Source: Candidatus Latescibacterota bacterium (GTDB lineage: Bacteria; Latescibacterota; UBA2968). Taken from it: a DNA stretch of 64,000 bases. Below the pieces are notes generated by a model that saw nothing but the letters and a program-made list of their open reading frames with translations, had not been told where the DNA came from and did no database searches. The translations under genes were made by a program, and so were the position numbers. Of this stretch, positions 30,138-38,408 are shown in pieces. Numbering within the stretch: position 1 is the stretch's first letter; every line of letters starts with the position of its first letter. The DNA lies in NCBI GenBank assembly GCA_965222605.1, contig OZ244960.1, positions 3,520,001-3,584,000 of the forward strand, read 5' to 3'.

Positions 30138-31265
30138 TTATTTGATCCCTACGACCCGATCGTAAATCGCCTCTAATTTTTTACTCTGTTTTTCCAGATT
30201 GTGTTGATTTTCGACGTGGGTACGACCAGCGCGGCCAAATTGTTCGGGGGTACTGAGCAGGGTGTCCAATCCCGCTGCGAGGCCCGCTATATCTCGTTCA
30301 GGAAATAATAGGCCGCATGTTTTGTCGATTACGACTTCGGGGATGTCGGCGTGTAGGGACGATACGATGGGGACGCCCATTGCCATGGCTTCGATTAGTG
30401 CGACGGGGGCGCCGCCTTCTGTGTCGCCGTCTGATGCTGTGACGCTGGGATAGAGGAGGATTGTTGCGCGTTTTAGTTCTTCAAGTGCTGCGGGATGGGG
30501 GAGCAGTCCGAGCATTTTTACGCGGTTTTCAAGGCGGAGATTTCGTATTTCGGCTTGTAGTTGCGGGCGCAAAGGCCCGTCACCTATCATCCGCAGTTGG
30601 GCGTCCGGGTATTTTTCCGCTATTTTTACAAATGCCTGGATTGCGTATTTCAATCCCTTTTTTTCACGAAATACAGCATAAGTCAATACGATGGGTTGTT
30701 TGGGTGTGTGGTCTGTTCTGAAGGGTATTTTGTCGAGATCTACGCCCAGGTGTTGTACGTTTACCCGATTGGCCGGGCATCCCAGTGCAATGAGTTGTTC
30801 GCCCATGAAGGGACCTTCGACGAGGAAGAGATCGCCTTCGGCAAAGAGGCGTTTGTATCGTTTTTGCCATTTTTTTTGTCGGGATAGTGCCGATACGTCC
30901 AGGCCGTAAAAGGTGGTGATCATGGGGATGTCTGCGCGCTGTTTTGCGGATAGACACCGGTATCCTTCTTGCCCAAAGTGCGCGTGGATGAGGGCGGCGT
31001 TGTGTTCGCGGAGCCAGTTTTCATAGCTGGCGTACGTGCCGCGTATTTTGCGAATGAGGCGCAGGGTTGTTCTGCGAGCAGGCGATATATCTTCGGCTGA
31101 TAAGACGGGTTCAATGGGAAACTGGTCCAGGTTCTGGCGCGTTTGTGTGAGGACGATGGGACGATATCGTTTTAACGCGCGAATCTGGTCGTATATCCAG
31201 GTGGCTGTTGCTGGCAAGAAGGGGTTGGCACTGTGCGCGACGACAGGTTCCATGCGATTTCTCAT
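30138..31265 (-). CDS. GT4 family glycosyltransferase (WcaL-like)
   Basis: IHAHFG, EKKG, GDTEGGAPVALIEAMAMG. Confidence 0.9.
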   Translation of the reverse strand: MRNRMEPVVAHSANPFLPATATWIYDQIRALKRYRPIVLTQTRQNLDQFPIEPVLSAEDISPARRTTLRLIRKIRGTYASYENWLREHNAALIHAHFGQEGYRCLSAKQRADIPMITTFYGLDVSALSRQKKWQKRYKRLFAEGDLFLVEGPFMGEQLIALGCPANRVNVQHLGVDLDKIPFRTDHTPKQPIVLTYAVFREKKGLKYAIQAFVKIAEKYPDAQLRMIGDGPLRPQLQAEIRNLRLENRVKMLGLLPHPAALEELKRATILLYPSVTASDGDTEGGAPVALIEAMAMGVPIVSSLHADIPEVVIDKTCGLLFPERDIAGLAAGLDTLLSTPEQFGRAGRTHVENQHNLEKQSKKLEAIYDRVVGIK

Positions 31266-31269
31266 AAAG

Positions 31270-31300
31270 AAACCCGTTGATACGCTCCATCAACGGGTTT
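31270..31300 (-). terminator. 12-bp perfect hairpin with U-tract on the minus strand
   Basis: AAACCCGTTGAT-N7-ATCAACGGGTTT. Confidence 0.7.
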
Positions 31301-31509
31301 GTAAATTCTGGCTTAATTCCACGGGGGCGCGGTCAGGTGTGGAAAAAAGCAATTTTTTTGCCTGTCGTCAACCTATCTCCATCTTGGTCCTGTTATCCAT
31401 GCAACAAATGAGTATCGACTTCCTTCACCCTGAACCGGTGCGGCGTGGTGGCATTACCATCGACGAGCAGACGTTTCAATACCTCAGTAGTCGAGTAGTC
31501 TTTCCTGAT

Positions 31510-31764
31510 CTAAAATTTTGCAGGCGTTCTCTCACGCACCATCAGCACTTGATCAGCACGTAGCGATTTAATCGCGGAAATGGGCACTGTGACCACAGAT
31601 ACGGATTCGCCAATGGCATTAAAAATCTCTAAAATTGCCCCTTCTTCTCCACCCGTAGGATGTGGTACATAATCGACCACGACAGCAACATCACCCTGTT
31701 TTAAATTTTCTTCGGGTATGTTGCGCGTTATTGCCACTTCCTCATATAATTTTGGTTTTGTCAT
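31510..31764 (-). CDS. DUF4926 domain protein
   Basis: LYEEVAITRNIPEENLKQGDVAVVVD...EEGAILEIFNAIGE. Confidence 0.85.
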   Translation of the reverse strand: MTKPKLYEEVAITRNIPEENLKQGDVAVVVDYVPHPTGGEEGAILEIFNAIGESVSVVTVPISAIKSLRADQVLMVRERTPAKF

Positions 31765-32090
31765 GATTCATCCTTGTCTGGTTTTAGGGTTACAAACCTG
31801 AACTTCCCATCTATAGCACGAACAATCCAGATTGTTACAACAGATAGTATTCCACTCGGCCCCACCAATTCACCACTTACCCGATAGAATATCCCATATC
31901 TGTTTTCTCTTTCTTGCACGACGTCATTCCGGGCAATTAAATCTCGGATGGCCTGTTCAAGAACAGCAGGATTTTCTGTTGTGAATCCTGCTTGTCCCAG
32001 AAATTTTGATTTATCATTACGCACCCGCGGAATAAGTAAATACCTGGTCAACTTTTCTGACGGAATAACAACGTCTGATGGATTTATCAT
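31761..32090 (-). CDS. DUF6883 domain protein (putative nuclease-type toxin)
   Basis: IPSEKLTRYLL...KSKFL...GF...YG...VTIWI...RFVTLKP; ATGA-coupled to DUF4926. Confidence 0.8.
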   Translation of the reverse strand: MINPSDVVIPSEKLTRYLLIPRVRNDKSKFLGQAGFTTENPAVLEQAIRDLIARNDVVQERENRYGIFYRVSGELVGPSGILSVVTIWIVRAIDGKFRFVTLKPDKDES

Positions 32091-32228
32091 ACTTATATCT
32101 CAGTCCGCCTTTCATCTTGGTCGGTTTCAATACCCCAGTAGTCGGGTAGTCCTTCCTGATCAGAACTACATGGATGCTGCTGTCTGAGAGGGCGATTCGC
32201 TACTCTTAGTTAGATACTCCTGTACCAT

Positions 32229-32429
32229 TCAGGGCAATGCTTCAACGCGTTCCACTTCCTCTGTCAAAATTTGATTCACCACTTCGCCCAAATCTTTGCC
32301 TCTTTTTTTCGCGATCTGTTCAAGCCGGTGCTGGAGTTTCGCATTGAGGTAAATTGGCAGCCGGATTGCAGCTCCCTTACGATAAAATTTTCCTCTTTCG
32401 GCTCTGGAAAAATCATATTCCGGTTTCAT
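32229..32429 (-). CDS. BrnA/CopG-like antitoxin (orphan)
   Basis: MKPEYDFSRAERGKF...IYL, RHH-like C-terminus; RBS GGAG; no toxin ORF upstream. Confidence 0.75.
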   Translation of the reverse strand: MKPEYDFSRAERGKFYRKGAAIRLPIYLNAKLQHRLEQIAKKRGKDLGEVVNQILTEEVERVEALP

Positions 32430-32656
32430 TGACTATCTCCGTTACATCCGTCAACTATAATTCAATCGCGAAAAATGAAATACTTGACACTTTGCAATCA
32501 CATCCTATAATAGCAATAAATAGTGTAAGCACAATGCGAAAAATCGAATCGCGGAATGATTTCTCGCACCCGTGCTGTGATTGCTCTTGTATTTATTTTT
32601 CACTGCCTCGCTCTCTTTTCCGTTACGGGGAGAGGCTGGGGGAGGAATGCCTTTTA

Positions 32657-32686
32657 TCTGTGTTTATCTGTGTCCATCTGTGGTTG
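32657..32686. repeat. ATCTGTG tandem repeat (reverse complement of the 6341 repeat family)
   Basis: atctgtgttt-atctgtgtcc-atctgtggtt. Confidence 0.7.
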
Positions 32687-32706
32687 CTTTTCATAATGGA
32701 GTTTTC

Positions 32707-34179
32707 ATGGCATCGACGACCAATTATCTCGCTTATGATTTGGGTGCGTCCAGTGGCCGGGCTGTTTTGGGGCGTTTTGATGGCGCGCGTCTCGATATTG
32801 AAGAGATTCACCGTTTTCCCAATCAGGGGATACCCATCGGCAATCATTATTATTGGGATGCGCTGCGGCTGTTTGACGAGATGTGTACGGGGTTGCGTCT
32901 CGCGGTTCGGTCTGGGGAACCGCTCAATGGCATGGGTTGTGATACGTGGGGGGTCGATTATGGCTTGCTCGATGCGCAGGACAATTTGCTCGGCAATCCC
33001 TATTGTTACCGCGATGCACGCACACAGGGGATGCTGGACATCGCGTTTGAGCGCGTTTCTCGCGAGGAGATATTTGAGCATACGGGTATTCAGTTTATGG
33101 AACTCAATACGCTCTATCAGTTGCTCGCGCAGCGTCTCGCGCGATCTCCTCAGCTCGATATCGCGCGTACGTTTCTCACGATGCCCGATTTGTTCAATTT
33201 CTGGTTTACGGGTATGAAGGTGTGTGAATATTCCAATGCCACTACCACGCAGTTCTACAATCCGCGCGAAAATGCCTGGGCAAAAGCGATGCTCAATGCG
33301 CTCGATATTCCCACTGATATGCTTCCGGATGTGGTGTCGCCAGGTACGGTGCTCGGTCCTGTTCGCAAGAGCATTGCGGATGAGATGGGTATTGCACCTG
33401 TTGACGTGATTGCACCGGCTTGTCACGATACGGGGTCGGCGGTTGCGGCTGTGCCCCTTTCTTCGCCCGATGCGGTTTATATCAGTTGTGGCACATGGGC
33501 GTTGATGGGTGCAGAACTGCCCGGACCCGCGATTAACAAAAGCGCGCTCGCGCACAATTTTACCAATGAGGGCGGTGTTGATAATACGATTCGGTTTCTG
33601 AAAAATATTTCGGGTCTGTGGATTGTGCAGGAATGCCGCCGCGTGTGGGCATTGGCGGGGAAAGAGTATTCGTGGGAAGAGTTGATGGGATTGGCGATGG
33701 CGTCCGATAGGCTCGTGTCGTTTATCGATCCCGATCACGCCGATTTTGGTACGCCCGGAGATATGCCGTCCCGTATTCGCGATTTTTGCAGGCGCACCGG
33801 TCAACTGCTACCCGATAGCGAAGGGGATATTATTCGCACGGCACTGGAGAGTCTGGCTCTCAAATGTCGCTATGTTCTGGGTCAGCTCGAAGACGCATTG
33901 GGCAAGACGCTCGGCGATATTCACATTGTGGGTGGGGGCATACACAATACGCTTTTGTGCCAATTTATCGCTTCTGCGACAGGGCGCGCGGTGCTGTCAG
34001 GTCCGGCCGAAGCTACGGCAATGGGCAATCTTTTGATGCAGGCGATGGGCAAAGGGCAGATTGGCTCGCTCGATGAACTGCGCGCTATTGTTCGCGCTTC
34101 TACTGCGATTAAAACATACATCCCGACGGATACGGACGCCTGGGACGAGGCGTTTGAAAAATTTCAACAAATAATATGA
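32707..34179 (+). CDS. rhaB: Rhamnulokinase (FGGY carbohydrate kinase)
   Basis: LAYDLGASSGR, DTWGVDY, HDTGSAV, FTNEGG, RFLKNISGLW. Confidence 0.9.
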   Translation: MASTTNYLAYDLGASSGRAVLGRFDGARLDIEEIHRFPNQGIPIGNHYYWDALRLFDEMCTGLRLAVRSGEPLNGMGCDTWGVDYGLLDAQDNLLGNPYCYRDARTQGMLDIAFERVSREEIFEHTGIQFMELNTLYQLLAQRLARSPQLDIARTFLTMPDLFNFWFTGMKVCEYSNATTTQFYNPRENAWAKAMLNALDIPTDMLPDVVSPGTVLGPVRKSIADEMGIAPVDVIAPACHDTGSAVAAVPLSSPDAVYISCGTWALMGAELPGPAINKSALAHNFTNEGGVDNTIRFLKNISGLWIVQECRRVWALAGKEYSWEELMGLAMASDRLVSFIDPDHADFGTPGDMPSRIRDFCRRTGQLLPDSEGDIIRTALESLALKCRYVLGQLEDALGKTLGDIHIVGGGIHNTLLCQFIASATGRAVLSGPAEATAMGNLLMQAMGKGQIGSLDELRAIVRASTAIKTYIPTDTDAWDEAFEKFQQII

Positions 34180-34727
34180 TTTATTGCCGCTTTGAGTTCT
34201 TTGGGGCTGAATCCATAAGGGCCATGTTTGCCTGCATACGCGATGTGGTTGTCCGTGCCGACCAAGTAGAGGCGTTCGGGCCATGCGACATAGTCGTTCA
34301 TGACGGCGTCATCCATGTCGTCAACATAAGTGCGAATGCCGTATTGCATGGCATCTTCGCACGTTTTTGCAACTTTTCGGCGTTCCGCAAGCGTTTTTGG
34401 GTCGTAGATGCCCGTGTCTTTGAGTTTCCAGCCGTCTTCTGGATGGGCTTCGCGGATGTAGATTACGAGAAAGTGTACCTGTTTGTGATATGTTGCATAG
34501 AGATCGCGGAGGCTAACTGCCTCGCGGACAAAAGGCGGTCAGGTAAAGCTGCCGAAGATGAGTGCAACGGGTTTGTCACTGCAAAGTTGCGAGAGGCGCA
34601 CGGGGTTTTCGCCGTTGATGTCCGATAGTTCAAAGTCGGGTGCGAGATCTCCGGCCTTGGGCGCATGGGGATCATTCTGGTGGAGCCAGGCAGAGGCTTC
34701 GGCGCGATTTTGGAAGGTTTTGGACAT
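34164..34727 (-). CDS. Iodothyronine deiodinase-like selenoprotein (thioredoxin fold), UGA at 34539-34541 read as Sec
   Basis: ORFs 34539-34727 and 34164-34349 are in one frame; read-through gives LIFGSFT-U-PPF...VIYIREAHPEDGW...YVAWPERLY, the deiodinase signature (187 aa). Confidence 0.88.
34505..34526 (-). promoter_or_regulatory. Bacterial SECIS hairpin
   Basis: mRNA CGCGAGGC-AGUUA-GCCUCCGCG; G-containing apical loop starts 20 nt after the UGA. Confidence 0.7.
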
Positions 34728-34819
34728 GGGGTATCCTCCGGGTTTGTTTTTTAATATTATGGATCGACAGGTCGCTTGTCAATATGTACGGTTAAGCTGA
34801 ATATAAAAAGGAGAGCGTT

Positions 34820-35935
34820 ATGGTCAGGTTCGGTGTGGTCGGCTTGAAGGGCATGGGCGGGCAGCATGTGCGGGAGATTTCAGAACTGGATCGGGCAGAA
34901 CTGGTGGCGGTGGCAGATTTGGATCTGGATTATGCGCGGCAGGTTGGAGAAGAACGGGGCGCGCGCGCCTGGGGCGATTACCGGGAGATGGTCGAGGCCG
35001 AGGATCTGGATGCGGTGGTGATTGCCACGCCGCACCATCTCCACGCGCCGATGGGTTTGCATTGTTTGGAGGCGGGGTTGCATACTTTTGTGGAGAAGCC
35101 AATTGCGAATACGGTTTCCGAAGCGGATAGGATGATCGAGGCGGCGCAGGCGCGGGGTCTGAAGTTGGCTGTGGGGCACAATTATCGCACGTTTCCCGGC
35201 AACCGCGCGCTGAAACGGCTGATTGATGACGGGGCACTGGGGCAGATTTACCGCGTGCTGTGGATGTGGATTGAAACGCGGCCAGAGGTGTATTACGACC
35301 GGGATATATGGCGGTGTACCTGGGAGCACGCAGGAGGTGGGGTGCTGATGAATCAGACGAGCCACGATCTGGATTTGCTTTGCTGGATGGTAGGCGATCC
35401 GGTTGCGGTGTCTGCGATGATGTGCAATTGGGGACATCGCGTAGAGGTTGAAGATACGGTTGTTGCCAATATCCGTTTTGCCTGTGGTGCCCATGCGAAT
35501 GTGCAGTTGAGTACGTGTGATAGGCGATTGAATTACAGACAGATTTCAGGTGATTTAGGTACGATTGAGTTTCGAGATGAGAAGAATGCCAATTCAAAGG
35601 TGCCAGATGTGTTTCGGTTGGGGCGGTACGAGGCACCTATGCGGGCGTTTATAAAAGATGATAAGAGGTCTGTCTGGCAGCCAAAGATCAGTTGGGAGGA
35701 TGTACCGTCCGATGAAGGTGGGCCAACACTGGTGGAGAGTTTTGTTTCCGCGATTCTGGATGGCGGGGAGGCGATTACAGATGGGGTGACGGCGCGGCGA
35801 ACACTGGAATTGATTAACGCGATTGTGCTTTCGGCTATGCGAAAAGAGGAGGTCGCGCTGCCGCTTGACCGAGGACGATACGATGAACTGATGGAAGAGC
35901 TGAAGCAAGGACAGACTCAGGTGTACAGGCCGTAG
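34820..35935 (+). CDS. Gfo/Idh/MocA family oxidoreductase
   Basis: GVVGLKGMG, ATPHHLH, FVEKP, GGGVLMNQTSHDLD. Confidence 0.92.
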   Translation: MVRFGVVGLKGMGGQHVREISELDRAELVAVADLDLDYARQVGEERGARAWGDYREMVEAEDLDAVVIATPHHLHAPMGLHCLEAGLHTFVEKPIANTVSEADRMIEAAQARGLKLAVGHNYRTFPGNRALKRLIDDGALGQIYRVLWMWIETRPEVYYDRDIWRCTWEHAGGGVLMNQTSHDLDLLCWMVGDPVAVSAMMCNWGHRVEVEDTVVANIRFACGAHANVQLSTCDRRLNYRQISGDLGTIEFRDEKNANSKVPDVFRLGRYEAPMRAFIKDDKRSVWQPKISWEDVPSDEGGPTLVESFVSAILDGGEAITDGVTARRTLELINAIVLSAMRKEEVALPLDRGRYDELMEELKQGQTQVYRP

Positions 35936-36045
35936 GCTCTATGAAGTCTGATGGTATTGTGGTTATTTTAGGGTGGGCAAAATGGATAGGCATCGCTATA
36001 CTTTGTACAGAGTTGTCGTTTATTACAAAGATTAGAGAGAATACA

Positions 36046-37170
36046 ATGCCATACGATATATCGGAAGCCAAACGGGAGTGGTATCGAGAGATTTCTACTC
36101 GATCCAGGCTCAGGAAAAAGGCCGCAATCAATGGTGAGTTGCAACATGAACTGGGCAGAATCAATAAGCCTGTTCTGAAACCAGAGAAGTTGATGCCAAA
36201 ACAACGACAAAACGGCTTGAGATCCCTCTCGCTCTTTTCAGGTGGTGGCGGTTTGGACCTTAGTTTTGAATATGCAGGTTTTGAGCATGTTGCCAGTTTT
36301 GATATCCTGGATATTTGTGGAACTACACTACAAAGAAACCGTCCACAATGGCGCGTTCTATGTGGCTCAAAGGGTGATGTTACAAAAGCAGACTGGCCAA
36401 CATATAAGGGTAAAGTAGATCTCATTCACGGCGGTCCTCCATGCCAGCCTTTTTCAATTGCCGGAAAGCAGAGTGGGAGCAAAGACGACAGGGATATGTG
36501 GCCAGCATTTATTGACGCTGTGCTGACGCTCATGCCCGAGGTTTTCGTTGCTGAGAACGTTCCAGGCCTGCTCAATCCAAAGTTCGATAAGTATGTAAAC
36601 GAGGTGATTCTCGCGCCACTGACACCGCATTACCACATCGTAAAGTTCGAAGCTGTCGCATCCGACTTCGGTGTACCACAAATCAGGAAGCGAGTTATAT
36701 TTGTTGGCTTTCGGTCTCTCAAAGTAGCCCATCGCTACAAAATTCCTGAACCAACCCATTTCCCCAAAGATAGCTTGTTCTACTCTGGCAGACATACGAT
36801 GGGAACGAGGGCTGCTTTGGGTCTGGAAGATATTGGTTTTGATTGCTTTGCGCCTACTCTTCGCTCTGGTTTCACTGGTCCCAGAAAATCGACCAGTATT
36901 TTGAATAGTAAGGCGAGTCAAAAGGTATGGGAGAAACTCCAGATTTGGCCCAATGGCGTGCAAAAGTCCAGAGAGGAAGCCCTGATGTTTCCCCCGGAGA
37001 ATGGTCATTTCAGGCTTTCTGTTCAGGATTGTGCGCTTCTTCAGGGATTCCCAGAAGATTGGATCTTTCAAGGCGCGGCTTACCAAATACTTGGGCAAAT
37101 TGGCAATTCTGTTTGTCCACCGGTGGGTTATGCAATCGCAAAATCTGTGTCAAGTGCGTTGGGAGTGTAG
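36046..37170 (+). CDS. DNA (cytosine-5)-methyltransferase
   Basis: Motif I LFSGGGG, IV GGPPCQPFS, VI ENVPG, VIII QIRKR, IX/X LQGFP...QIGNSV. Confidence 0.95.
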   Translation: MPYDISEAKREWYREISTRSRLRKKAAINGELQHELGRINKPVLKPEKLMPKQRQNGLRSLSLFSGGGGLDLSFEYAGFEHVASFDILDICGTTLQRNRPQWRVLCGSKGDVTKADWPTYKGKVDLIHGGPPCQPFSIAGKQSGSKDDRDMWPAFIDAVLTLMPEVFVAENVPGLLNPKFDKYVNEVILAPLTPHYHIVKFEAVASDFGVPQIRKRVIFVGFRSLKVAHRYKIPEPTHFPKDSLFYSGRHTMGTRAALGLEDIGFDCFAPTLRSGFTGPRKSTSILNSKASQKVWEKLQIWPNGVQKSREEALMFPPENGHFRLSVQDCALLQGFPEDWIFQGAAYQILGQIGNSVCPPVGYAIAKSVSSALGV

Positions 37171-37884
37171 ATGGCTGTCCAAGATGATCAACGAGAAAGG
37201 GAAATGTGTCAGATCATAGGGCTTAGAAAAGGAGAAGGCCGTTCTGATGTGGATGCCTTTCTCGATTTTGAGGCGTATGGACAAACCTTCACCGCGCCCA
37301 TAGAACTCAAATCGACAACACGCGGCTCCGTTTCAACTGCGAGAGATGTAGGCCCTGATCATATCGCAAAATGGCGTGCTCGGATATGGGTATTTGGCTT
37401 TTACGACGCTTCAGGAATAGAGCTACAAGGATTGCTCACGCTTGGACCTGATGATATGGAGGGCTGGATAGGCAAGGTCGAGAGTTATATTGCGCCTGAT
37501 TTTGCCATAGGAAGACGTATCGCGGATAAACTCAATCTTGAAGATTTGTACATTATTTGCGGTGAGAAGAGCAAATACAGTCTGAGTGATGCACAGGCAT
37601 TGCATAAACGACAGTGGAATCGGGATAGGTATGTTTCGGAAATGGATGATGATGAGGGCTATACGCCATCAAAGATGCTTGAGATACTCAAATTACGAGC
37701 ACGATATCTCATCCAACGCGGTTCGACTTTGAACAATCCTCATATACCGCGTTCATTTTTTCCGCAGTTCAGCGACCAGATGATTGACGTAAACAATAGC
37801 AGTGCAGAAGAAATATCAGTCGCTATACAAAGGGATATACGCGACATAACACTGGCTAACACAGCGTTGCAGTGGACGCTGTAA
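37171..37884 (+). CDS. Putative type II restriction endonuclease (PD-(D/E)xK)
   Basis: Directly abuts the MTase; DVDAF...IELKS motif. Confidence 0.65.
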   Translation: MAVQDDQREREMCQIIGLRKGEGRSDVDAFLDFEAYGQTFTAPIELKSTTRGSVSTARDVGPDHIAKWRARIWVFGFYDASGIELQGLLTLGPDDMEGWIGKVESYIAPDFAIGRRIADKLNLEDLYIICGEKSKYSLSDAQALHKRQWNRDRYVSEMDDDEGYTPSKMLEILKLRARYLIQRGSTLNNPHIPRSFFPQFSDQMIDVNNSSAEEISVAIQRDIRDITLANTALQWTL

Positions 37885-37912
37885 ATTTGCTGCTGAAATT
37901 TTTCAGTGAAAG
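37854..37912 (+). other. Degenerate integron attC-like site
   Basis: GGCTAAC-ACAGC-GTTGCAGT-GGAC...GCTGAA-atttttcagt resembles R''/L''/L' with a decayed R'. Confidence 0.45.
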
Positions 37913-37921
37913 CGTACGAGA

Positions 37922-38293
37922 ATGGCTAAAAAAGTTTTTCTTTCTTATGCATATCAGGACCGTGGTATTGCAGAACAGGTGTCCAGATTATTGGAGGAGC
38001 ATGGTTACGATACCGACGACATATCGTTTATCGATCCTCAAGTAGAGACCAAGATTGGTGACGATATTCGGGAGTCGATAAAGCAGCAGATGTGTAGCGC
38101 GAGTAACGTGGTAATTATTGTCACGCCGAATAGTGCCAAATCACAATGGGTGAACTATGAGGCTGGAATGGCATCTGCTCTTGACAAACCAATTATACTG
38201 ATTAGAAGCAAGGACGCAAAAGATGTTGATTTTGTGACCTCGCTTGCGGACGCCCAGTTCATCGAGATAGGCAACGGAACGGGTGAACAATAG
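37922..38293 (+). CDS. Stand-alone TIR domain protein
   Basis: KKVFLSY...D; SAKSQWVNYE with the catalytic Glu position. Confidence 0.88.
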   Translation: MAKKVFLSYAYQDRGIAEQVSRLLEEHGYDTDDISFIDPQVETKIGDDIRESIKQQMCSASNVVIIVTPNSAKSQWVNYEAGMASALDKPIILIRSKDAKDVDFVTSLADAQFIEIGNGTGEQ

Positions 38294-38357
38294 GATGCTA
38301 CCCATCTGCGAAAACTCCCTGAATAATTAGCGATACTATACGATCTTTGAAAGCACA

Positions 38358-38407
38358 GAGGGTAAGCATAAACGCCATCGGCAAATAGCTGGTGGCGTCT
38401 TTTTTTA
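38358..38407. repeat. Palindromic element / terminator, copy 3 of 4
   Basis: GAGGGTAAGCA-taa-ACGCCATCGGC-aaata-GCTGGTGGCGT-cttttt. Confidence 0.85.
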
Positions 38408-38408
38408 T

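Larger units (their letters stand above)
31398..32225 (-). CRISPR. Orphan CRISPR-type mini-array: two intact 38-nt repeats (31473-31510, 32124-32161), two spacer-sized segments, degenerate outer repeats, and a 613-bp gene cassette between the intact repeats
   Basis: Minus-strand repeat GATCAGGAA(A/G)GACTAC(T/C)CGACTACTG(A/G)GGTATTGAAAC, 35/38 identical, ending ATTGAAAC with a compensatory stem change; no cas genes in the window. Confidence 0.7.

Noticed and set aside
31380-32122. 10-bp direct repeat CATCTTGGTC (31380 and 32113) as a target-site duplication of the DUF6883/DUF4926 insertion
   Set aside because: It does not bracket the gene pair alone (it also encloses a repeat and a spacer) and is short enough to be chance or an old duplication.
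32581-32706. N-terminal extension of rhaB given by the ORF track (similarly 6457, 14437, 35941, 42415, 51666, 63905 starts)
   Set aside because: The extensions run through intergenic repeats or lack an RBS; downstream ATGs fit the family N-termini.
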